Assembly (NCBI GenBank): GCA_902791865.1
Contig: CADAXK010000013.1
Location: 9,812 to 73,811, forward strand
From: an uncultured Bacteroidia bacterium
Lineage (GTDB): Bacteria; Bacteroidota; Bacteroidia; Bacteroidales; ML635J-15
DNA: 64,000 nt
Reading direction: 5' to 3'
Shown: one piece after another, positions 57,905 to 64,000 of the stretch
How the letters are laid out: every line of letters starts with the position of its first letter
Position numbering within the stretch: the first letter of the stretch is position 1
Position numbers and translations under genes: made by a program
Notes under the pieces: generated by a model
Databases searched by the model: none
Told to the model about the DNA's origin: nothing
What the model saw: the letters and a program-made list of their open reading frames with translations, nothing else

Positions 57905-59107
57905 ATGAAAACGAACCATAAAATATCGGTGATGCTTGTAGGAATTGTACTCGCTTTTTTCTTTGTCGCATGTGAACGCGAAAGCATTATTCCGCCACAT
58001 AACGAGAACCCTACTCACGGACGAGAAATACAAGATGCACATCCTGCTGGTGACTTTGCTTTTTTAAGAGCTATTATCGGAATGGAAAAACAAGAAGCAA
58101 TAAATTATTTGACACAGCACGGATATGTCGAAAACGAATCGAATTCATACAATGATACAGAAGCCGACAGTATTACAAAAAGAATTGGTTTGAATTATAG
58201 AAATAATGATGTAAAAATTCCCAATGCATCGATGGCAATAGGATGTGAAGATTTTGACACTTTATCCATTATCTTCAAGAAATGGCTTCTAGAATTTAGA
58301 AATTCCGACACTTACCCGATTATGGTCAGGACTTCATACAATGTACAAATAGACAATGAAGCAGAACAGCATATATATTCACTGGCACAACTTATAGAAA
58401 TACTTCCGACATTGCACCCGACAACAAATGCATGGGTAAATTTTTACGGCAACGATAATCTGGGATACCAGTACTATTTTGACATATATTGGGAAATTGA
58501 GTATAGCACATTCATGGGCATGCAAATTATCAACGAACGCGTAAACAATCCGCTTCCTGATGTACAAATAGTAAACCTTACTGAAGACTATTTAAATAAA
58601 GACATACTCATTGCCAAAGTTGACTATATGACATTTGAATATCGTGGTTTCTATTCTATGAATGTTACAAACAAATTGAACGAAGGAACCGAGATTCCAT
58701 TTATAGCAGATTATATGTCGCCAGGCGATGACGGCTATATAAAACTGTACTATCGCGATGAAAGCAACCTGCTAATGGATGGCGATATTATTTGGATGGG
58801 ATGTGGAGAACTACATTTCCCCGAAACATTTATCAAGGGCAAATCGTCAGGAACATACACTCCGGAATTCACTCAATATCCGGGAAACGAGAAAATCTCG
58901 TTCATTAACCACTATGGAAATTACACAACAGAAATAGATTTCCCCGAGACAGACCTGCATTATGTATGGCAAACGCTTTCAGATTGCGAGGAATTTATGT
59001 CGTATTATAACCAGACATACAAGAAAGTTGCGGTATATCCATATACTCCGAGCGTTGGCGTTGGCGACCCATACGACTGGTACTATCTGGTTTTTGTGGA
59101 AAGGTAG
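57905..59107 (+). CDS. Lipoprotein of unknown function (family L, copy 2)
   Basis: Lipobox FVAC. The start is chosen by analogy with copy 1 (MKTNHKISV vs MKANIKLSV). An ATGA-overlapping ATG at 57878 is also possible. Confidence 0.7.
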   Translation: MKTNHKISVMLVGIVLAFFFVACERESIIPPHNENPTHGREIQDAHPAGDFAFLRAIIGMEKQEAINYLTQHGYVENESNSYNDTEADSITKRIGLNYRNNDVKIPNASMAIGCEDFDTLSIIFKKWLLEFRNSDTYPIMVRTSYNVQIDNEAEQHIYSLAQLIEILPTLHPTTNAWVNFYGNDNLGYQYYFDIYWEIEYSTFMGMQIINERVNNPLPDVQIVNLTEDYLNKDILIAKVDYMTFEYRGFYSMNVTNKLNEGTEIPFIADYMSPGDDGYIKLYYRDESNLLMDGDIIWMGCGELHFPETFIKGKSSGTYTPEFTQYPGNEKISFINHYGNYTTEIDFPETDLHYVWQTLSDCEEFMSYYNQTYKKVAVYPYTPSVGVGDPYDWYYLVFVER

Positions 59108-59140
59108 AAAAGAATAATCGGATCAATATAATCTAAATTA

Positions 59141-59905
59141 CTATTCCTTAATTCTCATTTCGTACAATTTCATGTACTTTAGGAATGTTGTAGCGGCATT
59201 TATCGCTGAAATCAGCAGTCCGCGATAACCATAAAATATGCCTTTGCGGAAAAAATAGTCCCTGTTGAATGTATGCAACGACTTGAAAATCGCTGCGGCA
59301 ACGCTTGTTTTCTTACCTGCCTTAAACTTTTCCTGCGCGGCAAGCGAGGAATAGCTTTCCATCTTTGCAATTAGCGAACTTATGTTGTCGGAGGTATAAT
59401 GCTTTATTGCATCCTTGATGTAAACCTTCAGGGTGTCGGACAAAATTTCGATGCCCTCATGAACCATATTTTCGTTGAAGCGGGTATATTTCCGATTGAA
59501 AATGCGCCATACATAGTCGGGATACCATCCGCAACATTTCATACAGCGTCCGTTGTAGTAGTTGAGCCGCGACAGAGCGACAACGGCATTGTCACTCAAT
59601 TGCATGGAATTTATCTTGTCAACGACATCCAGCATAAGCACCTCATCGGAATCGATGCTCAATACCCAGTCGTTGGTAGCATGGCTCACCGCAATGTTTT
59701 TCATTTTGCCGAAACCATAGAAATTCGGTTCGCTGAAAATCTTTACATTTTGAAATCCGCCAGCAATTTCAATGGTTCGGTCGGTGCTACCGTTATCAAG
59801 CAGGACAACTTCGCCAAACGCACGAAGCGACTCAAGACATTCTGCAATTGTCTTTTCAGCATTCTTTACGAGTATTACGGCACTTATGTTGGCGGTATTC
59901 TGCAT
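59141..59905 (-). CDS. Family 2 glycosyltransferase
   Basis: ISAVILVKNAEKTI...LDNGSTDRT...SIDSDE (DxD) is a GT-A fold pattern. Confidence 0.85.
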   Translation of the reverse strand: MQNTANISAVILVKNAEKTIAECLESLRAFGEVVLLDNGSTDRTIEIAGGFQNVKIFSEPNFYGFGKMKNIAVSHATNDWVLSIDSDEVLMLDVVDKINSMQLSDNAVVALSRLNYYNGRCMKCCGWYPDYVWRIFNRKYTRFNENMVHEGIEILSDTLKVYIKDAIKHYTSDNISSLIAKMESYSSLAAQEKFKAGKKTSVAAAIFKSLHTFNRDYFFRKGIFYGYRGLLISAINAATTFLKYMKLYEMRIKE

Positions 59906-59920
59906 TAAAATACAATTTAT

Positions 59921-60147
59921 AAAGTTTCAAGTTCAAAGTTTAACAGTTCAAGGTTCAACAGTTTAAAAGTCTCTTGGTTTCTACGCTTCGCTGTTTGAAT
60001 GCCTGCGGCGTTTCAAAGTTTCAAGTTTCTCGTTTCTGGTTCGAGGTTCAAAGTTCAACGAATCGAAAATCGTAATTCATAAATCATAAATACTTTTGCA
60101 TCTTGTCGTCAACTAGAAACCTGAAACCTTAAAACAAGAAACCTCTT
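59921..60147. repeat. Low-complexity GTTTC / GTTCAA short-unit repeat region
   Basis: Plus-sense units span 59923..60058, an AATCG/TAAATCA core spans 60061..60090, and minus-sense GTTTC units span 60114..60142. Confidence 0.7.
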
Positions 60148-61365
60148 TCACGCGTTTCTGAACTTTATTGCTGCAGTCTTGTCGAGCTTGCTTTCGGCGT
60201 ACTCTTTGGTTACGGTAAATGTCTTCTTGTTTTCCGATGGCATTTCGAACATGGCCTCCAGCATTATCGACTCGCATATCGAACGCAATCCACGAGCACC
60301 AAGCTTGAACGATATTGCCTGATCGACAATATAATCTAGGGCAGCTTCCTCGAACTTAATGTCGATTCCATCAATCTTGAACAACTTAATATATTGGTTC
60401 ACAATGGAGTTTTTCGGCTCGGTAAGGATTTGTCTCAAGGCTTCGCGGTCGAGTGGATTCAGGTAGGCAAGCACTGGCAGACGCCCGACAATTTCGGGGA
60501 TGAGACCGAACTTGCGGATGTCCTCGGGAATGACATACTGCAACATGTTCTTGCTGTCAATCTTCTCGATGTTCTTCTGCGTTCCATAACCAACAACCTG
60601 AGTGTTCATACGGCGGGCGATGATTTTGTCAAGTCCCTCGAATGCGCCACCGCAAATAAACAGAATGTTCTTCGTATCAACTGCAATCATCTTCTGCTCG
60701 GGGTGCTTGCGTCCTCCCTGCGGAGGAACATTCACTATCGAACCTTCGAGGAGCTTCAGCAGACCCTGCTGTACGCCTTCACCCGACACATCGCGGGTAA
60801 TGCTTGGATTGTCGCCCTTGCGTGCAATCTTGTCAATCTCATCGATGAAGACAATGCCCTGTTCCGCCGATGCCACATCATAATCTGCAGCCTGCAAAAG
60901 TCGGGTAAGAAGACTTTCGATGTCCTCGCCCACATAACCTGCTTCGGTGAGAACAGTTGCATCAACGATAGCGAAAGGAACATTAAGCATCTTGGCTATA
61001 GTCTTGGCCAGCAAAGTTTTGCCTGTACCAGTCTCGCCGACCATTATTATGTTCGACTTTTCAATGTCAACATCGTTTTTCTCCTGACATATACGCTTGT
61101 AGTGGTTGTAAACGGCCACCGACAGTACCTTTTTTGCAAAGTCCTGACCTATTACATAGTCATCGAGGAAGGCCTTTATCTCTTTGGGCTTCTTGAGTTT
61201 AATACCCTTTGCCGGCTTTTCTTTCTTGAATTGCTCCTCCTCTTTCAATATTTCGTATCCGCGCCTAATGCAGTCATCGCAAACATTTCCGTTGACACCC
61301 TGAAACAGGATTCCAACATCCTTGCGCGGGCGACCGCATAGCGAACATCTATCGTTTTTGTCCAT
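60148..61365 (-). CDS. clpX: ATP-dependent Clp protease ATP-binding subunit ClpX
   Basis: N-terminal zinc ribbon CSLCG...CDDC, Walker A GETGTGKT, and full-length similarity. Confidence 0.97.
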   Translation of the reverse strand: MDKNDRCSLCGRPRKDVGILFQGVNGNVCDDCIRRGYEILKEEEQFKKEKPAKGIKLKKPKEIKAFLDDYVIGQDFAKKVLSVAVYNHYKRICQEKNDVDIEKSNIIMVGETGTGKTLLAKTIAKMLNVPFAIVDATVLTEAGYVGEDIESLLTRLLQAADYDVASAEQGIVFIDEIDKIARKGDNPSITRDVSGEGVQQGLLKLLEGSIVNVPPQGGRKHPEQKMIAVDTKNILFICGGAFEGLDKIIARRMNTQVVGYGTQKNIEKIDSKNMLQYVIPEDIRKFGLIPEIVGRLPVLAYLNPLDREALRQILTEPKNSIVNQYIKLFKIDGIDIKFEEAALDYIVDQAISFKLGARGLRSICESIMLEAMFEMPSENKKTFTVTKEYAESKLDKTAAIKFRNA

Positions 61366-61399
61366 GAGATGGTTCGAAAATTTGATGATTTGATAATCT

Positions 61400-61427
61400 G
61401 TAGCGACGTGCCATGGCGCGTCGCTAC
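61400..61427. repeat. REP-like palindrome, arm variant (GTAGCGACGTGCCATGGCGCGTCGCTAC)
   Basis: Lies between clpP and clpX. It has the same core, and the arm changes AAT to CGA and ATT to TCG are compensatory. Confidence 0.85.
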
Positions 61428-61463
61428 AAAATTATCCATTATTCATTGTCAATTGTCCATTAT

Positions 61464-62144
61464 TTAATATTCAATTTCTCTATACAGAATTTCGTCAATC
61501 ATTCCATATTCCTTTGCTTCCTCGGCAATCATCCAGTGGTCGCGGTCGGAATCGAGGCGAACCTTTTCGATGTCCTGATGCGAATGGTTTGCAATGATTT
61601 CGTACAATTCCTCGCGAAGCTTCAAGATTTCCTTTGCGGTGATTTCGATGTCGGAAGCCTGACCTTCGGCGCCACCCATAGGCTGGTGAATCATCACGCG
61701 CGAATGCTTCAAAGCCGAGCGCTTTCCGTGTGCGCCAGCGCAAAGAAGCACAGCCGCCATGGATGCTGCCATGCCAGTGCAGATGGTAGCGACATCGGAA
61801 CGAATGTACTGCATGGTGTCGTAAATGCCAAGTCCTGCATATACCGAACCGCCTGGCGAGTTGAAATATATCTGTATGTCCTTGTTAGGATCGCTACTTT
61901 CGAGGAAAAGCAACTGTGCCTGAATTATGTTTGCAACATCGTCGTTGATTGGTGTCCCGAGGAAGATAATCCTGTCCATCATCAAGCGAGAGAACACATC
62001 CATCTGCGCAACATTGAGAGTGCGCTCCTCTATAATAGTCGGATTAATGTATCCATTGTAAATACTTGTGTACTGGTCGAAAACAAGACCGTTTACGCCT
62101 CTATGCTTTACGGCGTATTTGCGAAAATCGTTATTATAGTTCAT
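61464..62144 (-). CDS. clpP: ATP-dependent Clp protease proteolytic subunit
   Basis: [11 protein letters not shown] (Ser) and MIHQP (His) motifs. Confidence 0.97.
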   Translation of the reverse strand: MNYNNDFRKYAVKHRGVNGLVFDQYTSIYNGYINPTIIEERTLNVAQMDVFSRLMMDRIIFLGTPINDDVANIIQAQLLFLESSDPNKDIQIYFNSPGGSVYAGLGIYDTMQYIRSDVATICTGMAASMAAVLLCAGAHGKRSALKHSRVMIHQPMGGAEGQASDIEITAKEILKLREELYEIIANHSHQDIEKVRLDSDRDHWMIAEEAKEYGMIDEILYREIEY

Positions 62145-62164
62145 TTGTCATTTTTTTAGAGGTG

Positions 62165-62172
62165 CAAATATA
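62165..62172 (-). promoter_or_regulatory. Candidate -7 box (TATATTTG on the minus strand) for clpP
   Basis: TAnnTTTG, 21 nt upstream of the ATG at 62144. Confidence 0.4.
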
Positions 62173-62242
62173 CGATTTTTATTTGAACCTTGACAGAGCT
62201 TTTCGAAAATCATTCTGCAATTTGATATTGAATAAAATGTTG

Positions 62243-62250
62243 TATATTTG
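62243..62250 (+). promoter_or_regulatory. Candidate -7 box (TATATTTG)
   Basis: TAnnTTTG, 26 nt upstream of the ATG at 62276. Confidence 0.4.
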
Positions 62251-62275
62251 CCAGTGAAAATGCTTAATAAACATA

Positions 62276-62596
62276 ATGGAACGGCTAAGCAGAGATAAGG
62301 TATTGGACATGATTCGCACTACGATTCGTGACAAAGAACCTGATGCGCAAATAATCCTATACGGATCTCGTGCTCGTGGCGACAATCGCGAGGATTCCGA
62401 TTGGGATATAATTGTCCTGCTAAACAAACCTCCTATGCCTCACATGGAAAGATATGAAATTGCATGCGACTTATGGGACAAAGGTTTCGACATCGGGGAA
62501 GAGATAAATACGCGTGTTTACACCATTGACCAATGGAATTCTGCTCCTCCATCATTATTCAAGCACAATGTAAAAGAAGAAGGAATACAATTATGA
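62276..62596 (+). CDS. Minimal nucleotidyltransferase (MNT) domain protein
   Basis: LYGSRARGDNREDSDWDIIVL matches the GS-x(n)-D.D pol-beta-type NTase motif. Confidence 0.85.
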   Translation: MERLSRDKVLDMIRTTIRDKEPDAQIILYGSRARGDNREDSDWDIIVLLNKPPMPHMERYEIACDLWDKGFDIGEEINTRVYTIDQWNSAPPSLFKHNVKEEGIQL

Positions 62597-63003
62597 GTCT
62601 ATCACAGGAAGAACGCAATGCAATAGTTGCATATCGAACAGAAAAAGCTCGTATGGCATTGGATGAAATAAAGAAGGTAATGCCATTGGAAGTATGGAGC
62701 ATAATAGCAAACAGAATGTACTATGCACTATTTTATGCAGTTTCGGCATTACTAACAAAAGATTCACATCCAGTAAACACACATAAGGGAGCCCTTTCAT
62801 TGGTCAATCAATATTATGTAAAGGCTGATATTCTTACTAAAGAAGACGGACATTTGTTTGGTCAGGTCTTTGCTTTTAGGCAAGGTAGCGATTATGATGA
62901 CTTTATTGATGCTACTAAAGAAGATGTCGAACGACTATTTCCAAAGGTAGAGGTTCTTGTCGAGAAAATAATTGCACTAACAAACGAGGATAACTCAAAA
63001 TAG
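62593..63003 (+). CDS. HEPN-domain protein
   Basis: ATGA overlap with the MNT gene. All-helical ~136 aa protein with FRQGSDYDD (the R-x4-DY HEPN-type motif of PF05168-like proteins). Confidence 0.75.
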   Translation: MSLSQEERNAIVAYRTEKARMALDEIKKVMPLEVWSIIANRMYYALFYAVSALLTKDSHPVNTHKGALSLVNQYYVKADILTKEDGHLFGQVFAFRQGSDYDDFIDATKEDVERLFPKVEVLVEKIIALTNEDNSK

Positions 63004-63024
63004 CAGTATTTTTTAGATCAACGC

Positions 63025-63032
63025 TATTTTTG
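63025..63032 (+). promoter_or_regulatory. Candidate -7 box (TATTTTTG)
   Basis: TAnnTTTG, 21 nt upstream of the ATG at 63053. Confidence 0.4.
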
Positions 63033-63052
63033 CACGACTAAATTTCTTAGAA

Positions 63053-64000
63053 ATGATTTCATTTGAAAGCGACTACATAGCAGGTGCTCATCCAAAAATA
63101 CTTGAGCGACTGTCCGAAACAAACATGGAAGCACTCATCGGATATGGCGAGGACAAGTATTGCCAGATGGCTGAAGAAAAAATCAAAAAGGCATGCAACC
63201 GCCCCGATGCAAAAGTACATTTCCTCGTTGGTGGTACGCAAACCAACCAAGTTGTCATTAGTTCGATGCTTGCCGACTACGAGGGCGTAATAGCAGCCAC
63301 ATCGGGACATATCAGCGTACACGAAGGTGGCGCAATAGAATTTACCGGGCATAAGGTACTCACTCTCCAAGCTATTGATGGGAAACTGAATGCTCAGGAC
63401 ATTGATGAATATGTCACCACTTTCTACAACGACGGCAACCACGAGCATATAGTTTTCCCAGGAATGGTATATATCTCCCACCCTACCGAATACGGAACAC
63501 TTTACAGCAAAAGCGAACTTACCGCAATTTCCAATGTTTGCAAAAAGCACAACATTCCGCTGTTTCTGGACGGAGCACGCCTCGGATACGGACTTGCAAG
63601 CCGACAAACCGATGTTACTTTGCCCGACATTGCCGAACTATGCGATGTATTCTACATTGGCGGAACAAAAGTAGGTGCGCTGTGTGGCGAAGCAGTTGTT
63701 TTCACTCACAACAATACACCCAAGCACTTCATTACCAAGATGAAACAACGTGGCGCATTGCTTGCAAAAGGCCGTCTGCTCGGCATACAGTTCGATACGC
63801 TTTTCACCAACGACCTTTATATGGAAATAAGCCGTCATGCAATCGAAATGGCTGAAAAGCTAAAATCACTGCTGAAAGAAAAAGGATACCGCTTCTATCT
63901 GGAATCGCCAACAAACCAGCAATTTATAATTCTAGAGAACGAACAAATGAGCAAACTGGCACAAAATGTATGCTTCAGTTTCTGGGAGAAATACGACGAC
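63053..64000 (+). CDS. Threonine aldolase / beta-eliminating lyase family PLP enzyme, 3' end outside the window
   Basis: Not in the ORF track because no stop falls in the window. Reading from the ATG at 63053 gives 316 open codons: MISFESDYIAGAHPKILERL...GGTQTNQ...YIGGTKVGA (PLP Lys). Confidence 0.8.
   Translation, partial: MISFESDYIAGAHPKILERLSETNMEALIGYGEDKYCQMAEEKIKKACNRPDAKVHFLVGGTQTNQVVISSMLADYEGVIAATSGHISVHEGGAIEFTGHKVLTLQAIDGKLNAQDIDEYVTTFYNDGNHEHIVFPGMVYISHPTEYGTLYSKSELTAISNVCKKHNIPLFLDGARLGYGLASRQTDVTLPDIAELCDVFYIGGTKVGALCGEAVVFTHNNTPKHFITKMKQRGALLAKGRLLGIQFDTLFTNDLYMEISRHAIEMAEKLKSLLKEKGYRFYLESPTNQQFIILENEQMSKLAQNVCFSFWEKYDD

Noticed and set aside
60091-60098. TACTTTTG -7-like box on the plus strand in the clpX-downstream repeat region.
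   Set aside because: No plus-strand gene follows it. It is probably a chance match within AT-rich repeat DNA.

Overview
This is a 64-kb chromosomal segment from a Bacteroidota genome, probably Bacteroidales-like. The evidence is TAnnTTTG -7 promoter boxes, many T9SS C-terminal sorting domains, the conserved CBS-nadK-DUF6089-uppS-bamA-ompH-ompH-murI block, and S46 and C10 peptidases. I call about 47 protein genes, one tRNA-Ala(CGC) and no rRNA or CRISPR. Housekeeping genes (glnS-coaD, ribH, upp, murI, bamA cluster, thiL, fbp, tadA, clpP-clpX) are interleaved with secreted and surface proteins: five type-A T9SS substrates and three type-B substrates.

The most unusual region is 37.8-59.1 kb. 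A PorP/SprF plus OmpA-family pair lies divergent from three tandem ~1,485-aa PKD-repeat paralogs that share a type-B (gliding-motility-associated) C-terminal domain. Two of the three are followed by an uncharacterised ~410-aa lipoprotein. The array is interrupted by a truncated lipoprotein gene copy and by a RAYT-like (REP-associated Y1/HUH transposase-like) gene whose coding sequence contains a copy of a palindrome found repeatedly in the intergenic DNA of this window.

Intergenic DNA is saturated with at least three repeat families:
- 28-38-nt REP-like palindromes centred on CCATGG, with covariation.
- A ~150-210-bp MITE-like foldback element with GTCATTCCGCAA termini (5 copies plus a fragment).
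- Degenerate GCC-GTTTC / GTTCAA short tandem units.

Other points of note are a sensor adenylate cyclase fused to an HD domain, a recombinationally mosaic lipoprotein triplet, and an MNT/HEPN pair. All homology calls come from reading the translations. No database search was run, and identity figures are by-eye estimates.
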